Under the pieces are notes generated by a model. The model was not told where the DNA came from. It saw nothing but the letters and a program-made list of their open reading frames with translations, and did not search any database. This document shows, one piece after another, positions 39,761 through 51,909 of a DNA stretch of 58,712 nt. Position 1 is the first letter of the stretch. Each line of letters opens with the position of its first letter. This stretch comes from Octopus sinensis (Eukaryota): contig NW_021833004.1 in NCBI RefSeq assembly GCF_006345805.1, positions 1-58,712 on the forward strand. Reading direction: 5' to 3'. The position numbers and the translations under genes were made by a program.

Positions 39761-41028
39761 TCCTAAATATTAACTGGTCAATGTATCATCTTGTAAAACA
39801 GACCAGAGTTTCATGTCCCACATGGAGCCTTCGACGTTTTCTTTTCCAAAAAGGTTCCTCAACTATTTACCTACTATTATTAATAACTTCCTACATACAA
39901 CAATCCCATTATTTATTTATATTATATATATATATATAATATATATATATATACACACACACACAGTTCTTAATATAAGCGCATATATTAATTACTAAGT
40001 CCACCAAGTACTGACTTACACAGGTTACAATATATTAAACACGTACTCAGTATTACTTTAAAGCAAAATATTGAACATATAATGTTGGACGTTTTAAATC
40101 TTTAAAGACTTGTTTTGAAGAGAAATGTAAAGTTTTGAAAACATCTCAAAAGTTTTAAAAGTTTTCAAAAGCCATCAAGAATATACAAAATTCAACTTAC
40201 GACAGGCGCTTTTTCAGAAATGTATATCGCCAACTTTATTCCAAAAATTGAGGACGCCAGTGTAATGTCATTTAACCTAAATAACTATTTCAAAGTGTCC
40301 GTCTGTTTTTGTGTGTGTATGTGTGTGTATATTAGATATCCACGTATGTACACAGATAAACTTAGAAGTATGTTTTAGTGAGATAAAAGTGAGGAAATTG
40401 TACGCCTGTATTTATACGTATAAAATATAGTAAATACGTATTTAATAATATTTAGGGATATAGAAATATAAATATATCCCTTATATACATGTGTATGTGT
40501 GTATAGCCTGTCTACGTGTCTTGTTAAGCACGTATACATATAAATATATATATACACACACAACAGTTCAATGAATTAGAACATCTGTTAAAAGTATGTA
40601 TATGACTGTATATATGTATGTATATATATATAATTTAAAAGTATACTCTTAAAAGAGACTATGAATGCGAGTGTATGTATATATATATACGAGCGTGTAT
40701 TTATATATTAGTGAGTTTATTAGGATGGACAAGCGTACATATATATATTATATATATATATATATATTCCATGTGTATATATAGTTTACATGTTAGTATA
40801 TACATCTAAGTATAGAATATTTCTGTTAGTAGGATGTCGTAGAAATGTATACACCACGTGTATTGTATATAGTTTGAAAACTATACAAATACAAATCGGT
40901 AAGTATGTGCGTGTATATATAATTGTATATTAGCGGGTTAATGCGTGTATATAATTGTATATTAGCGGGTTAGGACACACGGTTACTGGGTTGTAATAAT
41001 GGTAAAATAAATTATGGTAAATACTTAC

Positions 41029-41073
41029 TCGAATCGGTTCTTTAATCTCGTATAGAGAAGTAACACTCGTCAT
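41029..41073 (-). CDS. tis11: TIS11/ZFP36L coding exon 1 (MTSVTSLYEIKEPIR)
   Basis: ATG at 41071-41073, 15 open codons, then a perfect GTAAGT donor (41023-41028). It is phase 0 and in frame with exon 2. The peptide resembles the short first exon of vertebrate ZFP36L genes (MSTTLLSAFYD-type) and lies downstream of a TATA/GC-box promoter. Confidence 0.8.
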
Positions 41074-41804
41074 ATTCCAAATGTATTTGTTGTGGGTTGT
41101 CACCCTGGTTAAGATCTGGGTGGCTGAGCTGGGTATATATATATATTATAAATATATATATATGTTTGTATGTTTTCACTTCGGGGTAGGAGTAGTGGTA
41201 GTTTAGTCAAAGCTAAGGCAATCACGGTTATGGCTGATGGAGGGTGAAGAATATTTGATAAACACACAAAAAAACGTCTAAGAAATGCTTGTGTAGGGCA
41301 AATAAGGATTTTGGTTGCGCTCAAGAATTTCAGCCAAACTTGTGTTTGTTTTTTTTAGCACCAAGTTTTTTATGATTAACTGTTGTGTTTTTAGTTTTTC
41401 CTTGTTGATGTTTTTCCAGTAATTGTAATTAATTATTAATTAAATGTTCGTTATACATACAATTTTACACACGAGAATAAATATGAAATGTTTAAATATT
41501 TTGGAAAATTATGATTTTTTTCAAACACACAAAAAAACTTTTGGAAGTCACTTCAAAAGGACAAGAAATATTTTTTTAAATTAATTAAAAAGCAAGCAAA
41601 AAACTGTTTTTCCTTTTTTTTTCTGTTTTTTTAAAGTTGTAGTTTTGTTGTTTTATAAAAAGCTGTGGTCCCTTAAGAAAGTCTTGTTATTTCGGTTTTT
41701 AAGCCTTTTTTGTTCACCTTACGAGGCGACTTGTAGTAAACATCATTGCTGCACACACCCACAGCTTTTTGGGGGTCGCTCTCTCACCTAAGTCGGCTTT
41801 AAAA

Positions 41805-41890
41805 CTGTTGAATGTTCGAGGGTCCCTCACGGTTATATATATATACATTGTGAGTGGGCGGAGCTTATTGTCGACAGTGGGCGGGGCTTC
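41805..41890 (-). promoter_or_regulatory. Core promoter of tis11: two GC boxes, TATA box, Inr-like start
   Basis: GTGGGCGGGG at 41877-41886 and GTGGGCGGAG at 41854-41863. TATATATATATAA at 41833-41845. A CATTCAACAGTT Inr-like sequence lies about 25-30 nt downstream on the minus strand. The context is CpG-rich. Confidence 0.7.
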
Positions 41891-41965
41891 GACGACATCT
41901 CGACGTTTCATATGAATGGCCTGCGTTTGCGAGTTTGAGTTTAAAGCGGAAAGGGAAACGGTATC

Positions 41966-42480
41966 AATGAGGGCGACGGCAGCGGCGGTAGTGGAGTCAA
42001 TGAGGATGATGGTGGTGACGGCGGTGGATTGAATGAGGGCGACGGCAGCGGCGGTAGTGGAGTCAATGAGGATGATGGTGGTGACGGCGGTGGATTGAAT
42101 GAGGGCGACGGCAGCGGCGGTAGTAGAGTCAATGAGGATGATGGTGGTGACGGCGGTGGATTGAATGAGGGCGACGGCAGCGGCGGTGGACTCAATGAGG
42201 ATGGTGGTAACGACGGTTATTTGAATGAGGATGATGGTGGTGACGGTGGATTGAATGAGGATGGTGGTGAAGGTGGCGATGGGTACAATGAGTATGGTGG
42301 CGGTGGCAGTGGACTCAATGAGAATGATGGTGGCGGCGGTAACAGAGAGAATAGTGGTGGCGGCGGTGGATTGAATGAATATGGTGGTGGTGACGGTGGA
42401 AAAGAGAATGGTGGTGAAGGTGGCGGTGGATTCAATGAGGATGGTGGTGGCGGCGGTGGGAAACAGAATGGTGATGGGGG
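41966..42480. repeat. GC-rich 33/66-bp minisatellite decaying into 27-30-bp units
   Basis: AATGAGGGCGACGGCAGCGGCGGT recurs at 41966, 42032, 42098 and 42164. Confidence 0.9.
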
Positions 42481-43071
42481 CGGTGGAGTGGCGGAGACGG
42501 TAGCAATGGAAATGGTGGCGGCGGTGGTGGCGGTAGTAATAGAATGGACAGTGGAGGTGGCGTCGCTGGGGAAGTATTAGTGGCGACGGCGGCGGTGCTT
42601 GTAATGTTGTTGCTGTTGTTGGTGTTGGTGGTAGTTGTGTTGGTGGTGGTGGTGGCGGTGGTGGTATTAGTGGTTGGTTGTTTTAAAGTAGTCGTCCGTA
42701 CTGTCATAAGTAACACAAGCAGTACAGTACTGGTTGTAGTAGGGCGGTAGTGGTAGTGATGGTAGTAGAAATAAAAGTTTGGGCGGTAGTTTTGTAGTGG
42801 TCGATTGTGGTGGTGGTGGTGGTGGCGGTGATAGTATCTATTCTTGATAATAGTACTCAGAAATATTAGTAGCGGTTACAGCGCTGGTGGTGGCAATGGT
42901 TTTTGTAGTGGTGCTGGTGGTAGTGTTCGTAGTATTACTAAGTGGTATTGGCTGTGGTACTGTAGTGGTGTTGCTAATGTTAGTGTTGGTAGTAGTGGTA
43001 TGAGTGACATAAATAGTATAGGTAGTATAAGTGGTGTAGAGTAATGTTCGTGATGACACTCGCATAAGAGT

Positions 43072-43106
<35 letters not shown>

Positions 43107-43624
43107 GGTGGTGGTGGTGGTGGTGGTGGTAGTAGTAGTAGTAGTGGCTGATAAGTTATTTATATCCCAAGGTCAGCTCCCGTTGAGAAAGCCTGAAGGC
43201 CTTTACAATCAATGACAATCCAACCGTGACTGTCCTGATATGACTCTCGGGGCAGGCGTAATCCCGGATTACATCATTCCGTGTTGTGTGTTGTCCTTCC
43301 TTTTTTCCTTTATTTTTTTTTTGCTAGAACAGTGTTTAAAAAGTTGAAAAGATTGTTTGACTGTTGTTTCTAGCACATCTAGTGACCTCATTCAGGCCAC
43401 GTTGTCGGTACAACATAATTGCAGCGTTGTATACGGTGGTGGTTGTGGTGGTGATGATTATGTAGATAGTGTTGGAGGTGGTGATGGTGAGGATGATAAT
43501 GATGATGATGATACAGATGGTGTAATAGTGTTATTACTAATGTGGCGGTGGCGATGGCGGCGGTGGTGGTGCTGATAGTGATTGTGATGATGATGGTGGT
43601 GGTAGCGAAAGTACCTGAGTGAAT

Positions 43625-43852
43625 ATTTTAAGCCTGGTACTTATTCTATCGATATCTTTTGATGAACTGCTAAGTTACGCGGTGGTGGGGAGGGGGACAA
43701 ACTGACAGTAAGACACACACACACACACGTTTATATATATTTGACAAGCTTCTTTCAGTTTCCATCTACCATAACGCCGTGCCACGCAGTGGGACTGAAC
43801 CTAGAACCATGCGGGTGCGAAACAAACTTCTTACCCACACAGCCACGCCTGT
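43625..43852 (-). mobile_element. Degenerate CORE-type SINE copy
   Basis: GTACTTATTCTATCG, CTTCTTTCAGTTTCC and GCCACGCAGTGGGACTGAACC blocks. Confidence 0.65.
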
Positions 43853-43876
43853 GCTAATGTTTATTATTATTATTGT

Positions 43877-44252
43877 TGGCAGAATCGTTAGCGCGCCGAG
43901 CGAAATACTTCGCCCGTCGCTACGTTCTGAGTTCAAATTCCGCCGAGGTCGACTTTGCCTTTCATCCTTTCGGGATCGATAAATTAAGTACCAGTTACGC
44001 ACTGGGGTTGATATAATCGACTTAATCCCTTTGTCTGTCCTTGTTTGTCCCCTCTGTGTTTGGCCCCTTGTGGGTAGTAAAGAAATAGGTATTTCATCTG
44101 CCGCTACGTTTTGCGTTCAAATTGCGCCGGAGTCGACTTTGCCTTTCATTCTTTCAGGGTCAATGAAATAAGTACCACCTGAATGCTGGGGTCGATGTAA
44201 TCGACTTAATCCCTTCCCCCAAATTTGAGGCCTTGTGCTTCCACTAGAAAGG
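43877..44252 (+). mobile_element. Nin/Deu-domain-like SINE, tandem dimer
   Basis: GAGTTCAAATTCC B-box plus GCCTTTCATCCTTTCGGG..GATAAA..AGTACCAG (Nin-domain-like motif, recognised from memory). The unit repeats at about 183 bp. Confidence 0.72.
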
Positions 44253-44310
44253 ATTATTATTATTATTGTTGTTGTTATTGTTGTTATTATTATTATTGTT
44301 ATTGTTATTA

Positions 44311-44575
44311 CTCTTTACTCTTTTACTTGTTTCAGTCATTTGACTGTGGCCATGCTGGAGCACCGCCTTTAGTCGAGCAAATCGACCCCAGGACTTATGT
44401 TCTTATTCTATCGGTCTTTTTTGCCGAACCGCTAAGTGACAGGGATGTAAACACACCAGCATCGGTTGTCAAGCAATGCTAGGGGGACAAACACAGACAC
44501 ACAAACATACACGCACACACATATATATATACACACATATACGACAGGCTTCTTTCAGTTTCCGTCTACCAAATC
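44311..44575 (-). mobile_element. 5'-truncated copy of the CORE-type SINE
   Basis: Matches the 3' two-thirds of 57030-57450. Confidence 0.8.
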
Positions 44576-44594
44576 TACTATTACTATTACTATT

Positions 44595-44669
<75 letters not shown>

Positions 44670-44742
44670 TATTATTATTATTATTACTATCATTATTATT
44701 ATTACTATTATTATTATTATATTATTATTATTATTATTATTA
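44576..44742. repeat. (TAT)n microsatellite
   Basis: Directly visible. Confidence 0.95.
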
Positions 44743-45057
44743 AGGGCAAAGACCCCTTCGGTCATGAATGACCATGGGTTTGCACCTAGAAGTTCCCTCC
44801 TAGACACAAGTCTGGGCAAGTTGTTTATGGAAGACCAGCAGTCGCCCATGCATACCAGCCTCCCCTCTCCACACCACCAGTGTTATCCAACGGAAAGACA
44901 AAGGTCGATACAGCTTGGCACCAGTGACATCGCAACTCATTTCTACAGCTGAGTGAACTGGAGCAACGTGAAATAAAGTGCCTTGCTCAAGAATACAACA
45001 CGCAGCCCGGTCCGGGATTCGAGCTCACAACCTCACGATCGTAAGCTCGACGCTCTA
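44742..45057 (-). mobile_element. Second tRNA/CORE-type SINE family copy
   Basis: Minus strand: GTAGAGCGTCGAGCTTACGATCGTGAGG...TCGAATCCCG head, then CORE-like CTTGAGCAAGGCACTT...CTCAGCTGTAGAAATGAG. It ends at an (AAT)n tail. Confidence 0.75.
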
Positions 45058-45639
45058 CTATTATTATTATCATTTTAGCTCGAGTAGATGAATGGGGCCG
45101 ACCGATCAAAGACATTTCCATCCGTGACCATCCGGTCGAACATTCCCACCTCTTAGACTAAACTACATTATCCAATGATGCGTGCTTCGTCTTTCCAAGA
45201 TGGGGGAAAAAAACCAAAATCTTCTAAACCGAAAGACATTTCGCTGCTGCTATTTCTAGCATCTCGTCAAACCTGACATGTGGGGGTCTGCCTGATTTTC
45301 GAAACCCACGTGGTGTTGTTGATAATAGGGGCTGTGGTTGGGGTCTCCATATGATGCAGTGAAGGGGCCTTTGTTATTGTTCCTGCTATGGCTGTTGTTA
45401 TATAGCCCTAGGCCAATCACGATCCAGTTGCGGTCCGATAATAAAAGCGTATTTCAATTCCAGCCTTGGCCACCCCGTCCGATTTCCAAAACACGATAAG
45501 TTTACCTAGGACTACAATCAGTCGATGTGAAATTTTTCCTTATTTAAAGACGGGAAGAGATGCTTGTATTAATTAATGAGGGAGATTTTTGGGACCAGTT
45601 TCTGGAAGGTCGAGCGACCATATTGAAAAGGGTCCCTCG

Positions 45640-45746
45640 TTAGTAATGGTGGTGGTGGTAGTGGTGGTGGTCATTGTGGGGATCGAGGTTGTAGTGGTGG
45701 TGGTGGTGGTGTCGATGGAGCGATGGGAGGGCAAGCAAAGTTTCGT

Positions 45747-45780
<34 letters not shown>

Positions 45781-46130
45781 TAATGAAAGAGATGGTGGTA
45801 GTGGCGGTGGTGGTTGTAGTAGTAGTAGTAGTGTGGTGATGGTGGTGGTGGTGGTGGTAGTAGTAATGGAGATGGTGGTGGTAGTGGTGGTGATGGTGGT
45901 GGTAGTAGTAGTAGTAGTAATGGTGGTGGTGGTAGTAATGGAGATGGTGGTGGTGGTAGTTATAGTGGTGGTGGTAGTAGTAGTAGTAATGGAGATGGTG
46001 GTGGTTGTAGTAGTGGTGGTAATGGTGGTGGTAGTAGTAGTATTGGTAGTGGTAGTAGTAATGGTAGTTGTGGTGGTGGTAGTAGTAATAGTGGTTGAGA
46101 TGGTGGTGGTGCTGTTGGTGCTGTAGCTCA
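45640..46130. repeat. (GGT/AGT)n trinucleotide low-complexity tract
   Basis: Directly visible. Similar tracts at 42480-43150, 47180-47585 and 49930-50305. Confidence 0.9.
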
Positions 46131-46584
46131 CGTGGTAGTGTTATTATTGCCGTTTTATCATGTCCCCCCTCCACCACCACCACCACCGCCCCTTCCAGAT
46201 CATTCTCAGCCCATCTCCCATCATTACCCATCAGATATATATATATATATATATATATTCCCACCGTGGGGTGGCTTACAACTTTACATTATCTAATGTC
46301 ATCTTTTCACCCCATTTTTTTCCCCCTTTTTTTTTTGTTATTTTTTTGTTGCTTTTATTGTTTTTAAGAAAAGAGTCGAGGAAAGAAAGAAAAAGCAACA
46401 ACATTGCACCCCCCCCCCTTCAATAACAACACCACGTGATAAAGAGTCGGCGAGGAAGGGCGCTGAACAGTCGCGAGACGAGCTGCTAGAAATAGCAGCC
46501 CAGTTTGGCCCTCAATTATCCTTTTTTGGAGAAAAGGAAAACTGGATAAAGTAGTTAGTGGTGAGGGGCAGGGTTTGGGGTGGT

Positions 46585-46768
46585 AGTGCAGGTATGGGTG
46601 TGTGGTTAAGAAGGTCGTTTTCTAATCTAGCCTTGCCGTTTTGAGTTCGTTCCCGTTGCACCGCGGCACCCTGGGGGCAAGTCCCGATTCCGATCAAGGC
46701 CGCGTGAGTGGATTTGATAGACGGAAACTAAAAGAAGCCCGTCGTATATAGATACATATGTCTGTCTG

Positions 46769-46817
<49 letters not shown>

Positions 46818-46897
46818 GTGTGAATAATATACATATATATAAATATATATTATATATATATATATATTTGTGTGTGTGTATGTATATATATATATAT

Positions 46898-46950
<53 letters not shown>

Positions 46951-47080
46951 AGACGGACGGATGGATATGTTAGTGTTTCTGCGCACTCACACAAACCGAT
47001 TGACAATCGATGTTCGTTTGTTTACATCCCATAACTTAGCGGTTCAGCAATAGTTGATAAGCCGGGAGAATAAGAACCAA
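46585..47080 (+). mobile_element. Degenerate CORE-type SINE copy with expanded internal microsatellite
   Basis: GTGAGTGGATTTGATAGACGGAAACTAAAAGAAGCCCGTCG and ACTTAGCGGTTC blocks. Confidence 0.65.
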
Positions 47081-47437
47081 AATTTGAAAGAAGAAGTGGA
47101 AAAATCAATCCTGGTATAGCTGTAGGTATGGTAGTTTAATGACTGGTGGGGTATAGACATGGTCCTAGTATCAAGGTTGGGGTGCTAGTATATGGTTGTG
47201 GCGGTGGTGGTTGTGTTGGTGGGGGTCAGGTGGTATTATGGTGGTGGTGGTTGTGGTGGTAGTGGTTGTGGTGGTGGTAGTGGTTGTGGTGGTGGTAGTG
47301 GTGGTAGTTGCGAATGTAGTACTGGTGGTAGTGGTAGTAGTGGTGTAGTTGTCTTGGCTACAGCATAACAGTTGTGACGATGGTATAAGGGGTTGCGGTG
47401 ATAGTATAGTTGTGATGATGATGATGATGACGATGAC

Positions 47438-47474
<37 letters not shown>

Positions 47475-48133
47475 GTGGTGGTGGTGGTGGTGGTGGTGGT
47501 GATGATGATGATGATTGTGGTGGTGATGATGAAGATGATGATGATGATTGTGGTGGTGGTGGTGGTGGTGGTGGTGGTGGTGGTATAATACAAAGAAAAA
47601 TAAGCAGAAATCGCCACCCCTCCCCTTCAAGGAAAAGAAAAAGACGGAGAGCAACAAGAGAAATGAAGAAGAGGGAGAAAGAGAGAGAGAGAGAGAGAGA
47701 GAATAAGGAGGTTTGTGGCCAGGAGGGTTATTTGGGGAAAACCCGTCCAAGTTTACTGACGAAAAAAATAGTTAATAAACTTCGCCGCATCATCCCCCCC
47801 CACCACACCACCATGTGTGTGTGTGAGTATAGTGCATGTGTGTGTGTGTGTGTGTGTGTGAGTATAGTGCATGTGTGTGTGTGTGTGCGCGCGCGAATAT
47901 TTACATAACTTATTGCATCACACGCTGTATTTTCTATTATACACAAACTTTCCGGTTCTCGTTTATTTTCTACAAACATATCTGTCTGACTATCTATTTA
48001 ACACACAATAATACACCCACATGCATATATATACAAATATATATCTGTGCATATTATGTATGTATGTGTATATATATATATAATATATTGGTGTATGTGT
48101 GTGTGTGTGTGTGTGTGTGCGTGTATATATATG

Positions 48134-48207
<74 letters not shown>

Positions 48208-48246
48208 ATATATATGTGTATGTATGATATATATATATATATATAT

Positions 48247-48467
48247 ACTCTTTTACTTCTTTCAGTCATTTGACTGCGGCCATGCTGGAGCACCGCCTTT
48301 AGTCGAGCAAATCGACCCCGGGACTTATTCTTTTGTAAGCCCAGTACTTATTCTATCGGTCTCTTTTGCCGAACCGCTAAGTGACAGGGACGTAAACACA
48401 CCAGCATCGGTTGTCAAGCAATGCTAGGGGGACAAACACAGACACACAAACATATACACACACACAT

Positions 48468-48498
<31 letters not shown>

Positions 48499-48657
48499 CG
48501 ACAGGCTTCTTTCAGTTTCCGTCTACCAAATCCACTCACAAGGCTTTGGTCGGCCCGAGGCTATAGCAGAAGACACTTGCCAAAGGAGCCACGCAGTGGG
48601 AATGAACCCGTAACAATATGGTTGGCTAGCAAGCTACTTACCACACAGCCACTCCTA
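48247..48657 (-). mobile_element. Full-length copy of the same CORE-type SINE
   Basis: Aligns end to end with 8760-9183. Confidence 0.88.
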
Positions 48658-48728
48658 TGAGTTAGAGATTAGACAACCATCTCAGGGATAATAAATATCC
48701 CATATACTGCTGCAAGGTCACCTATCTG

Positions 48729-49028
48729 CAGTGGCGGACTGGCCAGGTTGCCAGCTTTGCCGATGGCAAGTGGGCCCCTGCGCCATTAGAATCCATATAT
48801 GGGGGCCTATGTTAGTATCTAACGGGCCCATCTCCTCAAGTTTAAGAATTTTGGGGGGTTTTTTCACTGGAAGAATGCATTATTTCAGCCTAGCTGTGTT
48901 TGTAGACAGTTCAAAAGAATACTTTTAACAAAAAAATTAAATGATAGTACTGTAGTTGCGGATGGCCCCCTCTGTAATTGCGTATGGGCCCCCTTAGTCT
49001 CCTGGCAACCAATATTTTTAGGCCCAGT
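48729..49028. mobile_element. Non-autonomous DNA transposon/MITE remnant
   Basis: Left end CAGTGGCGGACTGGCCAGGTTGCCAG and right end CTGGCAACC...GGCCCAGT are partly inverted. Internal GGGCCC motifs. Confidence 0.5.
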
Positions 49029-49289
49029 AAAGTATTAGCAGTTGCTCAATAAAGGAAAGAAAGATGGTTTAACGTTTCAAGCAAAGCTCTTCTTCAGGAA
49101 CAGAGGGAAGTCCAATAGAAAAGGAAGATGGAGGGGGAAAATCGTCTACGAGCATTTTCGGCTTAGCTCACAATGTTCGGAGTATTCGACACTGAGGAGA
49201 CTAACTCACGCCGAAACGTTGTGTCTGGTGATCCACTGGCGTTCCAAGTAAAGCCCTGTGCTCCGAACGTCGGAGACAACATCAACTTT

Positions 49290-49745
49290 TTTCCGTCCCA
49301 GTAATTTTCAAGACTGCGGGATAAATGATAATCAGATGGGACCAATGTCCGGCGAATATGGTAGGTGGGACATCATTTCCCATTCAAACTGCTCCAGCCT
49401 TTGGAATGTCATCCTCGCTGTATGTGCCTGAGCATTATCCTCATGGAAGAACACCTTTCAGCTTGAAACCAACGATGGTCTCTTTTCTTCTAGCGCAGGT
49501 ATCGATGAATAGTTGAATGACCAAATCCAAGCTTCTCTGCTAGTTCCTCAACAGTTACGATGGGATTTTGTTCCACCAGGGTTTGCAGGACGTCCTCGTC
49601 GAGCTCTACAGATCTTCCAAGACAAGGCTCATCTTCTAGGCTGTAGTTTCCGGCTCAGAAATTCTAGAACCACCGTTGAAACTGGCTGACGCTTATTGTC
49701 TGATCCCCATAGACTGCATTAATATTCTTCACATTTCCCGTTGCC
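49290..49745 (-). mobile_element. Mariner (Tc1/mariner) transposase remnant, internally deleted
   Basis: N-terminal INAVYGDQTIS..RWF..GNYSLEDEP..GRSVELDEDVLQTLVEQNP..TVEELAEKLG is fused to HEDNAQAH...WEMMSHLPYSPD/PSDYHLSRSLEN. Confidence 0.85.
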
Positions 49746-51174
49746 TTTATTGAGGCTAGAGTAGAAGACACTTGCTCAAGGTGCTATGGAATGGGACTGA
49801 ACCCGAAACCATATGGGTTGGGAGCAAACTTCCTAGCCCGTCCAGAAGGATCTTTCTAACCCCAGACTGATGGGGGGTGGGGTACTGGTTATCGTAGTGG
49901 TTGTGGTGCAGGATTTCAGTAGTGCTTTTATTGGTGGTGGTGGTGGTGGTGGTGGTGATGGTAGTGGTTGGGGTTGAGGTGATAGTGTGATAGTAGTTGT
50001 AGTTGTGACACTCGTGTGAATGCGGGGGCGGAGGTACTAATGGCGGTGTCGCCGTTGGTACTAATAGTAGTAGAGGTGGTGGTGGTGGTGGTGGTGGTGG
50101 TGGTGGTAGTGGTCGTGGTTATGATGGCAGTGATGGTTGTGGCAGTGATGGTTGTGGCAGTGATGGTTGTGGCAGTGATGGTTGTGGCAGTGGTGGTGGT
50201 GCTGCTGCTATTGGCATTGGTGTTAGTGGTGGCTGTGAGTGGTAGTGGTGGTGGTGGTGTTGCTGGTGGCAGTGTAGTGGTGGTGGTAGTGGTTGTGGTG
50301 GTGGAGAAGTGTTACATAAAAGACAGGAGCAGATGATATATGAAGGTTCTTGTTGTTGTTGTTGTTGTCTGCGACGGTGGCGCTGATGGAGGTTGGGGGG
50401 AGGGGGTGTTAATGGTGGAAGAAGGAAAGTGCTAAAGGCCCTCTTCTGTAAAGGTATCGGCTGAAGATGAAAGTAGGGGATAAGGAAAGGGTTAATATAG
50501 AGGAGAGCGAGAGAGAGGGGGAGGGTAGAGATTGATAGAGAGAGAGAGACAAAGAGAGAGAACGAGAGAGAGAGAGAGAGTGAGATTGAAAGAGAGAAAG
50601 TATGAGAGAAGGAAAAACAGAGAGGGAGAGAGAGTGAGAGAGAAAGAACAAAGTAAAGAATGAGTGAGAGAAAAGAGAGTGAGTGAATGAGAGAGAGGGG
50701 GGAAAGAAAGAGAAAGAACAAGAGAAAGAATGAGAATGAAAGAAATCAGAGTGAGTGAATGAGAGGAGGAGAGAAAAGAGAGAGAGTGAGAAAGAGATAC
50801 AGACTAAGAGACAGAAACTTCACTAACTCCGAGTGACACACGCGCACACACAGACACAAACACACAGACACACATAGACACATACAAACACACAGACACA
50901 AACACATAAACACAAACACAGACACACACACACAGACACAGACACACAGACACACAAACACACAGAGACACACATGTACAAAAAAAAAAAACGCAACGTC
51001 GTCAGCTCTTCTCTTCTTTTTCTCTCTCTATTACGTCATGAAAAAAGAAGACGGATAAAATTATGAATGACGAAAAACTACAGGAGTTGACTCCGCCCAC
51101 AAATTGTCCAAATATAGCATTGTTTGATTATATGTTTATACACATATATGGTGTGGCCAGTTATAATACATAAG

Positions 51175-51208
<34 letters not shown>

Positions 51209-51303
51209 ACACATGCGTTTATGTATGTATGTGTGTGTGTATGTGTGTGTTCACCTAGATTTTCTTTAATATTTATTCTTACTTTTCAAATTTTTCTGCC
51301 GTA

Positions 51304-51334
<31 letters not shown>

Positions 51335-51585
51335 AGAGAGAAAGAGGGAGAGAGAGAGACAGACAGACAGAGAAAGAGACAGACAGACAGACAGAAAGAG
51401 GGAGAGAGAGAGAAAGAGAGAGAGAGGGGGAGAGAGAGAGCGGGGGGAGTTGGTCCTCAAACTCGTTAGAAAATATACTTTTTTCATTGGAATTTAGTTA
51501 CAACTTCATTGATCAGGATTGTGTTAGATACAGATACAAATATATGTGTGTGTTTGTATGTATATATATGTCTATATAATATATA

Positions 51586-51616
<31 letters not shown>

Positions 51617-51909
51617 ATATATTGATTTAGGGCTGTGTCCAGTATGGCCGCAGTCTAATGACTGAAACGTAAAATCATATATATTCTATATGTGATGTGT
51701 GTATATATATATATGTATATAGATTATATATATGTATCATACAGTATTATATATATAGTATATTTATATATATATATATATATATATTATTATTATATAT
51801 ATATATATATATATTATATATTATATAAATAATAATATTAGGGAATAAATCCAAATTTACAGAGAAAAAATCAGATTAGGATTAAATCCAATTTTATAGT
51901 AAAATATTA

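Larger units (their letters stand above)
23428..41028 (-). other. Single large intron of tis11 (~17.6 kb, GT-AG, phase 0)
   Basis: GTAAGT donor and polypyrimidine-CAG acceptor. The two-exon layout matches the ZFP36 family. Confidence 0.75.
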
